DNA of 64,000 nt from Candidatus Omnitrophota bacterium (lineage in GTDB: Bacteria; Omnitrophota; Gorgyraeia; S143-82): contig WGBD01000002.1 in assembly GCA_015494465.1 (NCBI GenBank), positions 3,683 to 67,682 on the forward strand, given 5' to 3'. This document shows, piece by piece, positions 1 to 9,312 of the stretch (within the stretch, counting starts at the first letter, position 1; each line of letters begins with the position of its first letter). Position numbers and translations under genes: made by a program. The notes beneath the pieces were generated by a model. The model was given only the letters and a program-made list of their open reading frames with translations, did not search any database and was not told the DNA's origin.

Positions 1-548
1 ACTCTGTCCAGTACCGCGTAGACCTTTGGTATAACCTTAAGCTTGTCCTCTTGAGCGGAGGTAGAAAGAAAGACTATACAGGATGTGGTCTTCCCGTCGG
101 GGGAAACGAAGTTTCGGACCAGGATTGGATTGGCCAAGACCCGTTTCTTTATCTCCTCCAAGGTGGATGGATCCACATCCTCGCTGAAAGGCGGTTGGGC
201 GTAGAAGTCCTCCCCCTCTCCCCATATGTCGCTCACCGTGGACAGGCCCTTGACCTCGTCTACGAAGTCTAGCGCCTCCAGGGCCTGGCTAACCTCCTGG
301 ACCTGCCTAATCCCCTCGGGTGAGAAGACCGAAGGATCTACCTTCCAGGCAACGATTATGCGATCGTCGCTACCAAACTGCCCTTTCCAGACCTCGAAGT
401 CGCGATAAGTCTTACTGGTCTTATCGTAGAATATGTCGATGGTCTTCTGGACCTGGATGCGAGGGAGAAAAGAGGCGAACAAGGCGGTAACGGAGAAGGC
501 TACCGCCAATATCAGAAGTGGCCTGATCTTTCTACCCCCCTGCCCCAT
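1..548 (-). CDS. MMPL/RND-family exporter, N-terminal part (runs off window start)
   Basis: Manual translation from ATG at 548: MGQGGRKIRPLLILAVAFSVTALFASFLPRIQVQKTIDIFYDK...FEVWKGQFGSDDRIIVAW...VDEVKGLSTV...LANPILVRNFVSPDGKTT. One TM helix then the periplasmic loop typical of MMPL proteins; open to base 1. Not in the ORF track. Confidence 0.8.
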   Translation of the reverse strand, partial: MGQGGRKIRPLLILAVAFSVTALFASFLPRIQVQKTIDIFYDKTSKTYRDFEVWKGQFGSDDRIIVAWKVDPSVFSPEGIRQVQEVSQALEALDFVDEVKGLSTVSDIWGEGEDFYAQPPFSEDVDPSTLEEIKKRVLANPILVRNFVSPDGKTTSCIVFLSTSAQEDKLKVIPKVYAVLDR

Positions 549-560
549 GCAATTATTCTA

Positions 561-2216
561 TCACATCCGTTCGGGGGCAGAAACACCTAAAAGATTCAGT
601 CCCTCTTTAAGGGTGATACGCACCGCCCTTACCAGTCCCAGCCTAAAGAGGGAGAGATTGATCTCCTCTCCCAAGACGCGACACCTCTCGTAAAAGCGAT
701 GGAACTGCCCTGCCAGGGTTCTAAGGTATTCCACCATGGGATAGGGATCGAGGTCGAACAGACAGGCCTCCAAGGTATCGCGGAAGCGAAGTAAGGAGTT
801 GATCAGCTCCTGCTCTGCCTCGCTCTTGCTCACCGCAAAGACCTCTCGGAACTCGTCCGCGGAGGCCTGAAGATTGGCGGACTCCGCCATTTCGAGGATA
901 CGGCAGGCCCGGGCGTGGGCGTACTGCACATAATAAACGGGATTTTCGGGCGCCTGCCTCTTGGCCAGATCCATATCAAAGTCCAAGTGGCTGTCGGTCC
1001 TGCGCATCAACAAGAAGAAACGGGAGGCATCCACGCCCACCTCGTCCATCAGTTCGTCGATCGTGATGTACTGCCCCTGTCGGGTGGACATTGGCACGGG
1101 TTGGCCGTTCTTGTACAGGGTGACCAACTGCACTATTATCACCTTCAAGGCGGAGGGATCGTACCCCAAGGCGGACAGGACCGCCTTCACCCGCGGGATG
1201 TAGCCGTGGTGATCTGGTCCCCACATGTCTATGAGGAGCTCGTATCCCCTCTCGAACTTATCCCGGTGGTAACCGATGTCGGCGGTAAAGTAGGTGGGAT
1301 TGCCGTCGCTCTTTATCACCACCCTGTCCTTGTCGTCTCCGAAGCGGGAGGATGCAAACCAGATCGCACCGTCCTTCTCGTAGAGCAGGCCCTTCTCCCG
1401 GAGTTCTTCCAAAGCGGATTCTACCTTGCCCTGCTTCTCCATCAGCTCCTGAGAATACCAGTTGTCGAACTGCACGCCAAACCTCTCCAGTTCCTGCTTT
1501 ATTATCCCCAGTATCTCCCCCACTGCAAACCGGGAAAACTCCTCCAGAGGCACGGAATCAAGGTCCTCTATCCTGTCCCTCCAAACGCTCAGGAACTTGC
1601 TTGCGATGTCCTTTAGGTATTCGCCTCTATAGCCGCCCTCGGGTATCGTACAGCCCTGACCCAGCATCTCCTTGCACCGCTCCTTGAGGGACTCTCCCAA
1701 CAGACGGATCTGCACGCCCACATCGTTCAGGTAGTACTCCGTGGTCACCGAATGACCCGCATACCGCATTATCCGAGCCAAGGCATCGCCCACCGCAGCC
1801 TGTCGGGCGTGGGCCACCGAAAGGGGCCCGGTGGGATTGGCGCTTACGAATTCCAGAAGGACCTTCTTCCTCTCCACCTCGGGCAGGAAACCTGCCACCG
1901 GGACCTTTTTCAGCCTCAAGAGGTCGCACAGGTAATCCAGGACGAAAGAAGAAGACAGGAATATGTTGACAAACCCCGGTGGCTTTACCTCTATACGGGC
2001 GATAAGATCCTTTAACTCCGAACTCAACAGACGCCTGCGCAACTCCTCCCCTATCTCCACCGCAGGCCTGCCTAGGGCCTTTGCGTACTTCATCGCAACC
2101 GGGGTGTAAAGGTCACCGTGCTCGCGGGTCTTAGTAGGGAAGACCTCCACCTGAGGCGAGGGTTGCCCCATCTCCTCAAGGGCCTCGGCTATGGCCTTCT
2201 TCAACCTATCCTTCAT
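561..2216 (-). CDS. argS: arginine--tRNA ligase
   Basis: EFVSANPTGPL motif, WGPDHHGY, MSTRQG (KMSK-like), YYVQYAHAR, C-terminal SAPERM. Confidence 0.97.
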   Translation of the reverse strand: MKDRLKKAIAEALEEMGQPSPQVEVFPTKTREHGDLYTPVAMKYAKALGRPAVEIGEELRRRLLSSELKDLIARIEVKPPGFVNIFLSSSFVLDYLCDLLRLKKVPVAGFLPEVERKKVLLEFVSANPTGPLSVAHARQAAVGDALARIMRYAGHSVTTEYYLNDVGVQIRLLGESLKERCKEMLGQGCTIPEGGYRGEYLKDIASKFLSVWRDRIEDLDSVPLEEFSRFAVGEILGIIKQELERFGVQFDNWYSQELMEKQGKVESALEELREKGLLYEKDGAIWFASSRFGDDKDRVVIKSDGNPTYFTADIGYHRDKFERGYELLIDMWGPDHHGYIPRVKAVLSALGYDPSALKVIIVQLVTLYKNGQPVPMSTRQGQYITIDELMDEVGVDASRFFLLMRRTDSHLDFDMDLAKRQAPENPVYYVQYAHARACRILEMAESANLQASADEFREVFAVSKSEAEQELINSLLRFRDTLEACLFDLDPYPMVEYLRTLAGQFHRFYERCRVLGEEINLSLFRLGLVRAVRITLKEGLNLLGVSAPERM

Positions 2217-2583
2217 CCCCCACTCCCGACTCTATCCTCTCGGGATTCCTCCAGAGTCTCTCCAGATTGTAAAATGCACGAGCCTCCGGATCAAATATGT
2301 GTATCACCACATCCAGACAGTCCAAGACGACCCAGTTGTCGTCTCCGCCGGTGCGGGTATTCTTGAATATCCTGATCCCACGGCGTTTTAGATTCTCCTC
2401 GAGGTGCTCGCTTATCGTCTTTATCTGACGCAGACTCTCACCGGTGCATATCACGAAAAAGTCGGTGAAGTTGCACAGACCCCGAACATCCAGTACGGTG
2501 ATGTCCTGTGCCTTCTTCTCCTCAAGGAGCGACTTTATTATCCCTACCTTTTCCTCTGCGGGAAGGTTCCTGTACCTTGCCAT
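2206..2583 (-). CDS. rsfS: ribosome silencing factor RsfS (Iojap)
   Basis: EKKAQDI, DFFVICTG, WVVLD, VIHIF, FYNLERLW motifs. Confidence 0.95.
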   Translation of the reverse strand: MARYRNLPAEEKVGIIKSLLEEKKAQDITVLDVRGLCNFTDFFVICTGESLRQIKTISEHLEENLKRRGIRIFKNTRTGGDDNWVVLDCLDVVIHIFDPEARAFYNLERLWRNPERIESGVGDEG

Positions 2584-2591
2584 TCAGCCAG

Positions 2592-2735
2592 TTATTTCTT
2601 GCCAAGTATCTTGAACATCGCGGTGCCGCAATCCGGGCACTTACCTTTTACCGCCTTCCTCCCGTTCTTCATCGTTACCTCTTGGGCATCCACCATCTCT
2701 TTCTTTGCCTTGCACTTGACGCAATATCCCTCCAT
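2592..2735 (-). CDS. 47-aa basic zinc-ribbon protein (DUF5679-like)
   Basis: MEGYCVKCKAKKEMVDAQEVTMKNGRKAVKGKCPDCGTAMFKILGKK; GGAGG RBS upstream; two CxxC pairs; fills the lepB-rsfS gap. Confidence 0.88.
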   Translation of the reverse strand: MEGYCVKCKAKKEMVDAQEVTMKNGRKAVKGKCPDCGTAMFKILGKK

Positions 2736-2750
2736 ACTTACCTCCTATAC

Positions 2751-3332
2751 TTACCTGATCTTCCCAATGCGGTTAGGAGGCCAGAAACGAAATACGACCT
2801 TCCCAACCAGGTTCTCTTCCGGCACGAACCCCCAATACCTGCTGTCCTTTGAATACAGGCTGTTGTCGCCGAGGACATAGTAGTGATGGGGAGGTACCTT
2901 TATCTTCATCCCCTCTCCCCCGTAGGGGCCCATGTTGTAATAGGTTATGTCCCTGAATGGCCCCTCCAGCAGGGGCTTGCCGTCCACGAATACCGTCCCG
3001 CTCTTTATCTCTACCGTCTCTCCGCCCTTGGCTATCAGGCGCTTTACGAAGTGCTTCTTGGGATCCAGAGGATAAAGGAACACTATTACATCCCCCCTTT
3101 GAGGATCCTTCCACTTGGGCAGTTTTATGTGGGTGAAGGGTATGCGAGGTCCGTACGGGAGTTTCCAGGCGATGACCCTGTCGCCTATCTTGAGGGTGGG
3201 AATCATAGACCCCGACGGTATCTTGTAGACTTGAAAGATAAAGGTGCGGATCAGTATCGCAAGGACCGCAGCGATTACTATCGCCTCGGTCCACTCCTTT
3301 ATCTCCCTTATAAGCCATTCTTTAAAGGACAT
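2751..3332 (-). CDS. lepB: signal peptidase I
   Basis: IPSGSMIPTL (catalytic Ser), FVKRLI (Lys), GDN..S.DSRYWG. Confidence 0.96.
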   Translation of the reverse strand: MSFKEWLIREIKEWTEAIVIAAVLAILIRTFIFQVYKIPSGSMIPTLKIGDRVIAWKLPYGPRIPFTHIKLPKWKDPQRGDVIVFLYPLDPKKHFVKRLIAKGGETVEIKSGTVFVDGKPLLEGPFRDITYYNMGPYGGEGMKIKVPPHHYYVLGDNSLYSKDSRYWGFVPEENLVGKVVFRFWPPNRIGKIR

Positions 3333-3343
3333 ACCGGATGTCT

Positions 3344-4414
3344 TCAGCAGAGCTCCCTGATGTACTCCACCACCAGATCCCCCACCTCGCTGGTGGAGTA
3401 TCCCATCTTCCCTGCGGATAGGCTCTTCAACTTCTCCGCAGTGACCTTCATCACCGCCTTCTCAAGGCATTGGCTGGCCTCTTCCTCGCCCAACCACTCC
3501 AGCATCATCCCCCCTGCGCATATCGCAGCGAGGGGATTGATCACATTCTTGCCGGTGTACTTGGGCGCAGATCCCCCGATGGGCTCAAACATGGAGACCC
3601 CTTCGGGATTGATGTTTCCTCCTGCCGCAATACCCATCCCCCCTTGTATGATTGCACCCAGATCGGTGATGATGTCCCCGAACATGTTGTCGGTCACTAT
3701 CACATCAAACCACTCGGGATTCTTCACCATCCACATACAGGTCGCATCCACGTGGGCGTAGTCCCTCTGCACATCGGGATACTCCCGTCCCACCTCGTGG
3801 AACACCCTCTCCCAGAGGTCAAATGCATAGGTCAGGACATTCGTTTTACCGCAGAGGGTCAACTTCTTCTTTTTGTTGCGCTTACGGGTGTAATCAAAGG
3901 CATAACGGATGCACCTCTCCACCCCCTTGCGGGTGTTTATGCTCTCCTGTATGGCCACCTCGTCCTTGGTGCCCTTCCTCAGGAATCCACCCGCTCCACA
4001 GTAGAGGCCCTCGGTGTTTTCCCGCACTACTACGAAGTCTATGTCCTCCGGTCCCTTGTCCTTCAGAGGCGTCCACACCCCGGGATACAACTTCACCGGC
4101 CTCAGGTTGATGTACTGATCCAACTCAAACCGCAGGCGCAGGAGTATTCCCCGCTCCAGTATGCCGGGCTTTACATCGGGATGACCTATCGCACCCAGGT
4201 ATATCGCCGAGACCTTCTTCAACTCCTCCAGCACCGAATCCGGCAGGGTCTCGCCGGTGCGCAGGTACCTCTCTCCTCCCAGATCGTAATCTATGAAGTT
4301 GAGTTTGAACCCGAACTTATCCGCAAGGGCGGAAAGGACCTTCTTGCCCTCTCTGATCACCTCCGGCCCGGTCCCATCGCCGGGTATGACCGCTATATCG
4401 TAAGACCTCGCCAT
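3344..4414 (-). CDS. leuB: 3-isopropylmalate dehydrogenase
   Basis: IPGDGTGPEV, NLRP, VRENTEG, NMFGDIITD, FEPIGGSAP; adjacent to leuC. Confidence 0.9.
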   Translation of the reverse strand: MARSYDIAVIPGDGTGPEVIREGKKVLSALADKFGFKLNFIDYDLGGERYLRTGETLPDSVLEELKKVSAIYLGAIGHPDVKPGILERGILLRLRFELDQYINLRPVKLYPGVWTPLKDKGPEDIDFVVVRENTEGLYCGAGGFLRKGTKDEVAIQESINTRKGVERCIRYAFDYTRKRNKKKKLTLCGKTNVLTYAFDLWERVFHEVGREYPDVQRDYAHVDATCMWMVKNPEWFDVIVTDNMFGDIITDLGAIIQGGMGIAAGGNINPEGVSMFEPIGGSAPKYTGKNVINPLAAICAGGMMLEWLGEEEASQCLEKAVMKVTAEKLKSLSAGKMGYSTSEVGDLVVEYIRELC

Positions 4415-4443
4415 AAACGACCTCCTTGAAACATCAGAGACCT

Positions 4444-4472
4444 ATTTTACTTCACAACCACCCCAAACACAA
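4444..4472 (-). promoter_or_regulatory. putative sigma70 promoter for leuB
   Basis: Minus strand TTGTGT-N17-TAAAAT upstream of the AAGGAGG RBS. Confidence 0.5.
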
Positions 4473-4512
4473 ACCATTATTACAACCCTACCGGATACAG
4501 AGGGTTATGACC

Positions 4513-5769
4513 TTAATTGAGGTACTTCCGCGGATCTGCTATTCGGCCTTCCAAGGCGGTCGCAGCTGCAACCAGAGGTGAACCGAGGTAGATAAAGGCA
4601 TTGGGATTGCCCATACGCCCTTTGAAGTTGCGGTTGGCGGTTGAGAGGACCCGCTCCCCGTCGGCAGGTACACCGTTGTGCGTGCCCACGCACGGCCCGC
4701 AACCGGGAGTCACCACTGCAGCGCCTGCCTCCACGAAGGTCCTGATTATACCATCGTCTATCGCCCTGATAAGGACCTCCCGGGAGGCAGGTGCAACGAT
4801 GAACCTCACATTCGGAGAGACGCGCCTGCCCTTGAGGAGCTCCGCAGCCATCTTGAGGTCCGAGTATCGCCCGTTGGTGCAGGTGCCGATGTAGACCTCG
4901 TCTATTGGTGTGCCCTCTACCTCGGAGATGTCCACCACATTGTCCACCGCGTGCGGACAGGCTATCTGGGGCACGAGACTGCTTATATCAAACTCGTACT
5001 CAGCGCAGTACTCCGCATCCGGATCGGCATATACCTTCTCGTAAGGCCGTCTCGCCCTGCCGGACAGAAACTCGTCCACCACCTCGTTGGGCGGGAGGAT
5101 AGCGGCCTTTGCTCCCATCTCAACGCCCATATTCGCTATAGTAAACCTCCCCTCCATGTCCAGCGCATCTATTACCTCACCGTAAAACTCCACCACCTTG
5201 TAGGTGGCACCGTTCACCGTGAGTTTCCTTATTATGTGCAGGATAACATCCTTGGCAGTGACGCCTTTAGGGAGTTTCCCCTTTACGGTTATCTTTATCG
5301 TCTCCGGCACCTTGAACCAGTTCTTACCGCTGGCCAAGGTGACTGCCAGATCCGTGGAACCCACACCCGAGGCAAACGCCCCCAATGCCCCATAGGTACA
5401 AGTGTGGGAATCCGCCCCCAAGACCAGATCCCCGGGCAGGACCGCACCCGACTCCGGTACCACCGCGTGGCAGACCCCGTCGCCTATCTCAAACAGTTTC
5501 ACCCCGTACTCCTTGGCAAACCTGCGCATCTTGTCGTGCACCCGGGAGACGCCCAGATTGGGTGAGGGCGCGCTGTGGTCTATCACCATAGAGAACCTGT
5601 CCTTCAAGGCGAGGTCCTTTATCCCCCACTCCCTTATCCGGTCTATGATTATCATACTGGTGCCGTCCTGACCGAAACAGTAATCCACATCGCATATCAC
5701 GAAGTCCCCAGCCTTGACATCCTGACCACTGTGCGCAGACAGTATCTTCTCAGCGATAGTCTTACCCAT
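4513..5769 (-). CDS. leuC: 3-isopropylmalate dehydratase large subunit (short archaeal-like LeuC/HacA type)
   Basis: GADSHTCTYG, IGTCTNG, PGCGPC Fe-S cysteines, NRNFKGRMG; 418 aa. Confidence 0.88.
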   Translation of the reverse strand: MGKTIAEKILSAHSGQDVKAGDFVICDVDYCFGQDGTSMIIIDRIREWGIKDLALKDRFSMVIDHSAPSPNLGVSRVHDKMRRFAKEYGVKLFEIGDGVCHAVVPESGAVLPGDLVLGADSHTCTYGALGAFASGVGSTDLAVTLASGKNWFKVPETIKITVKGKLPKGVTAKDVILHIIRKLTVNGATYKVVEFYGEVIDALDMEGRFTIANMGVEMGAKAAILPPNEVVDEFLSGRARRPYEKVYADPDAEYCAEYEFDISSLVPQIACPHAVDNVVDISEVEGTPIDEVYIGTCTNGRYSDLKMAAELLKGRRVSPNVRFIVAPASREVLIRAIDDGIIRTFVEAGAAVVTPGCGPCVGTHNGVPADGERVLSTANRNFKGRMGNPNAFIYLGSPLVAAATALEGRIADPRKYLN

Positions 5770-5855
5770 AATCCCTCCCGTAGATTAGGCTCCACCTACA
5801 CCAAGCAGGACGCAAGGGATTTTATCCCAAGAGAAAGGCGTCGGTCAAGTGCGGA

Positions 5856-7157
5856 TTAAAAGCTGTACCGCACCCTCACATAGACGTTGCTGTTCCGGTC
5901 CACCTGTCCGAAGTCGGTCCAGTTGTCCTTACCCCACATAAAGTTCGCCCCCACCGTGACCGTCCAGTTGTCGTTGACATCGTAGGAAACCGAGGGCCTC
6001 CAGTAGGTGTCCTCCTCATCCGGTGACCAGAACACGAACAAACTCAGGGTAAGGGTCTGCTGCCACAGTTGCTTGGTGAGGCGCAGGGTGAGGGTGTGCT
6101 TATCCACATCCGAAGGGATGTCCCCGGGCATAAGGGAGTGCAGGTACTCGTCGTAGTCCAGCATGTATTCGTACTGCCACTGCATCCCTATCCGGAAGTC
6201 GTGGCCCATGTCCTTCTCGTATCCCAGCAAGAGCTTCACCTTGGAGTTGGGTATCTCCCGTATCTCCCCGTCTTCGTCTTCCTTGCTGTAATAATAACCG
6301 AATTCCACATTTCCGATACCCCTAAAGACAGGACCCCTGAAACTCGCACCGTATACCTCCAGATTGGGATAATACACCTCGTAGTTGGACTGGTCGGCAA
6401 ATCCGGTGGGATTCTTGTAAAAGCCGTCAAAGTAGTATAGGGCCCACTCGTAACTGCCGACACTCCCGTACAGCCGCGCTGCGTACTCGCTGTTGCTTAT
6501 CTTCCGGGACCTGTCCACTATGGTCATCACCGAATCCCTTCCCGCAACCCTCTGGAGGTAGGGATCCCAGAAGGAGACCCTCTCTCCTATCGGAACGGTA
6601 TCGGGGATGAACTCCGGTATCCAGACTATGTCCAATGAGGCCCTGTCCCAGAACATAGACACCCTTATCGCATCCGATGGCTTCTTTAGATACTCGTCGT
6701 CCCGGCCGATGTAAAAGGAGACATAGTCCTTGGGGAACAGGTCGTTTATGAACAGGTAATCCCCCGTACCCCAGGTGAGTATCTGCCTTCCCGCCTTGAC
6801 ATCCATCCAGTCAAACGGACTAAACGAGACATTCAATTCCCTCACCTTGTAATTCATCGTGGTGTCGAAGTACTCGTCCAATACGCCTTCCAGTTTCACA
6901 TTCAACTGGGCGCCCCAATCCGCAAGGAGATCGTTGGCGTCCAGATCCATACGGGTCTTTAACTGGAAGTGTATCTCCGCCAGATTGTATTCGTCGTGCT
7001 TGGTGTCGTCCTCGTGGAGTTTTAGCCCATAACTGCCTTCTACAAAGCCCCTTATCCACGGCCCGGAGCCGAACAGCCTGAAGGCAGACCACCCATCGAG
7101 ACCAATGCCCAGGATTAATAAAGAGACCAATCCCGCGATAAACAAACCTCTACCCAA
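5856..7157 (-). CDS. putative outer-membrane beta-barrel (DUF1302-like)
   Basis: Signal peptide, GRQILTWGTGD motif, aromatic-rich strands, C-terminal VYVRVRYSF beta-signal; follows a LolA-like gene. Confidence 0.7.
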   Translation of the reverse strand: MGRGLFIAGLVSLLILGIGLDGWSAFRLFGSGPWIRGFVEGSYGLKLHEDDTKHDEYNLAEIHFQLKTRMDLDANDLLADWGAQLNVKLEGVLDEYFDTTMNYKVRELNVSFSPFDWMDVKAGRQILTWGTGDYLFINDLFPKDYVSFYIGRDDEYLKKPSDAIRVSMFWDRASLDIVWIPEFIPDTVPIGERVSFWDPYLQRVAGRDSVMTIVDRSRKISNSEYAARLYGSVGSYEWALYYFDGFYKNPTGFADQSNYEVYYPNLEVYGASFRGPVFRGIGNVEFGYYYSKEDEDGEIREIPNSKVKLLLGYEKDMGHDFRIGMQWQYEYMLDYDEYLHSLMPGDIPSDVDKHTLTLRLTKQLWQQTLTLSLFVFWSPDEEDTYWRPSVSYDVNDNWTVTVGANFMWGKDNWTDFGQVDRNSNVYVRVRYSF

Positions 7158-7197
7158 AGTCTACCTCCTTTTTTCTCTAAGGATATCGAGGCAAAGA

Positions 7198-7998
7198 TTA
7201 CAGTTTTATCCACTTCTTCGGCGGACGGCGCAGATACCGCTCGGTGAATATGTTCTCAGGGATGCCCAGATTGTACTCCACGGACTTGTAGTCCAGATCG
7301 GTATGCCCACCCGTCTCAAGGTTCGTTGCCCGGGCCTTGGTTACCGTTGGATAGCCCTGTATGTCCTTTATCTCCAGTACCTCTATCGTGCGGAAGAGTT
7401 TTCCAGTACCGTCGTAATACTCAAACTTCACCGGGACGAAGTTGTCCTTTCTTATCTGCACTATGTAATAGGCGAACTCAACCGTCTCCGGTCGCTTGGG
7501 AACACACTTTATCACATAGACATCGTCTTTTTCCTCAACGAGCTCGTGGGTATCCTGATCCCTTGTTCTTCCCGAGATGTCCTCATAAACGAAGTCCGAC
7601 CCCACGAAACTGGACCTCTTATCCGTGGCCGCGATCCGCCTCACCAGATCCAATGCCGGCAGGTACAGCCACCTGTCGTCGTCCCTGCCGAGGTGCTTCC
7701 AGACCATGTAAACCATACCCTCAACATCGGGGGGTTCTAAGAAATACACATAGTATTTCTGTTCCTTATCCTCCTCTATATCTTTTCGCAACATAACGAT
7801 GTTTCGCTTTCTAACCCTGCCTTGGGAATCTACTATCTTCATAATTACATTGACCTTCATGTCGTCACCCTGATAGAAGGCGACATGGATTGCCTTGTCC
7901 ACTATCTCATCCGCGGTAAGGGCGAGGCCTCTCCCGGAATAGACTATTCCCAACATCATCGCCATCCCCAACATAAGCAAAATCCTCTTACCCATCAT
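7198..7998 (-). CDS. outer-membrane lipoprotein-sorting (LolA-like) periplasmic protein
   Basis: Signal peptide; DDDRWLYLPALDLVRRIA, SFVGSDFVYED, FTERYL motifs. Confidence 0.85.
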   Translation of the reverse strand: MMGKRILLMLGMAMMLGIVYSGRGLALTADEIVDKAIHVAFYQGDDMKVNVIMKIVDSQGRVRKRNIVMLRKDIEEDKEQKYYVYFLEPPDVEGMVYMVWKHLGRDDDRWLYLPALDLVRRIAATDKRSSFVGSDFVYEDISGRTRDQDTHELVEEKDDVYVIKCVPKRPETVEFAYYIVQIRKDNFVPVKFEYYDGTGKLFRTIEVLEIKDIQGYPTVTKARATNLETGGHTDLDYKSVEYNLGIPENIFTERYLRRPPKKWIKL

Positions 7999-9299
7999 TC
8001 CACCTCCCCTGCTTTATCCTCCACCGATACGCTTTTAATCTTTACCGACACCTTCGCCTGTTTAGTCTCTGATTCTTCTTTAGAGCCTGTCTTCTTCACT
8101 ATCCTATCTACCGTATCGTCGTCGCCCTTGTAATAGAAGTCGTTCCACAGGACCCGCTGTATTCTGGGGCCCTTGTCCTTTACGCAGAAGAGTCCTACAC
8201 CCAACGGGATTCTGTGCAATACCGGTGAAAAGCGCACAGGTTTATCCAATCCCACATCTATAGGCGTGGCTTCCGCCAAAGTGAATATCTTGAACACCGA
8301 GGTCCCCTTTGCCTTGCGCAGTATCTCCACCATAAGTTTTGCAGCGATGTATCCGTGCAGGGAGATGAAGCAGGGCTTTATGTCGGGTGAAAACCGATGA
8401 ATTGCCTCCAGATACTCTCTGACCACCTCGTATCGCAGATCCTTGGGATGGGGAACCACCTGCGTAAAATAGAATTTACACCCGACGATCTTATCGGCTA
8501 TCTTCTTTATATAACTCCAGGGGAACACCGAGGAAAATGCCACTACATAGGGAAACCTCTTTGCATCTATCTTTTTTATCATCTCCTCAAAAAAAACCAT
8601 AGATTCGTCTGTGCTTGCCGCCAATACTATAAGATCCGGATGGAACTCTATAAGTTGGGTGCGGGCCATCGTATCGTTGACATTCACCATTATAGGTTTT
8701 ACCCCAAACTTAGAAATGTAGTATTTGACCTCATCGGCCAGGAACTTAGATGTACAAGTATCGTCATATACTATCCCCATATTGTATATCCCCTTTTCAC
8801 GCATAAAATAAGTGAGCATTAATTCTATTTCATCGAAATAGAAAGGATCTATAGAATAAAGCTTATCTTTTATGTCCTCTTTTATAAATCTCTCAGAGGT
8901 GAGCGGGAAGAAGAAGGCTACCTCTTCCCCTTCTCTTTCTATGTAATCCACCGCTGCCCGAACGGCCGGCCCACCCACATAACCGGCAAGGACATCTGCC
9001 CCCCAATCAATTAACGACTTGGTGTTGGATTCGGCCTTGGCCTCTTCCCCTCCGTCGTCCAAGACCTTCCACTCTATCCTCTTCCCGTTTATTCCCCCCT
9101 CACTATTTGCCTTCTTGAAGTACAATTCCCATCCCTCAAGGTATCCCTTACCTATTTTGGACAAAGGGCCGGTCAACGGGCAGGATATACCAACCTTGAC
9201 GCTATCCTTATTACCACTATCGGCAGAGGCTCCAAATCCCGCTACAGATAGGATAAACCCCACGAGAACGAAAATTAGACCCCAATACTTACACCTCAT
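7995..9299 (-). CDS. periplasmic solute-binding protein, branched-chain amino acid (type I PBP) family
   Basis: Signal peptide; VGISCPLTGP, GGINGKRIE, LDDGG, TQVVPHP, GYIAAK. Confidence 0.8.
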   Translation of the reverse strand: MRCKYWGLIFVLVGFILSVAGFGASADSGNKDSVKVGISCPLTGPLSKIGKGYLEGWELYFKKANSEGGINGKRIEWKVLDDGGEEAKAESNTKSLIDWGADVLAGYVGGPAVRAAVDYIEREGEEVAFFFPLTSERFIKEDIKDKLYSIDPFYFDEIELMLTYFMREKGIYNMGIVYDDTCTSKFLADEVKYYISKFGVKPIMVNVNDTMARTQLIEFHPDLIVLAASTDESMVFFEEMIKKIDAKRFPYVVAFSSVFPWSYIKKIADKIVGCKFYFTQVVPHPKDLRYEVVREYLEAIHRFSPDIKPCFISLHGYIAAKLMVEILRKAKGTSVFKIFTLAEATPIDVGLDKPVRFSPVLHRIPLGVGLFCVKDKGPRIQRVLWNDFYYKGDDDTVDRIVKKTGSKEESETKQAKVSVKIKSVSVEDKAGEVE

Positions 9300-9312
9300 A
9301 CCTGCCCTCCCA

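Noticed and set aside
8589-8596. A8 tract in the solute-binding gene as a phase-variation site
   Set aside because: Short, in an AT-rich stretch, and the frame is intact
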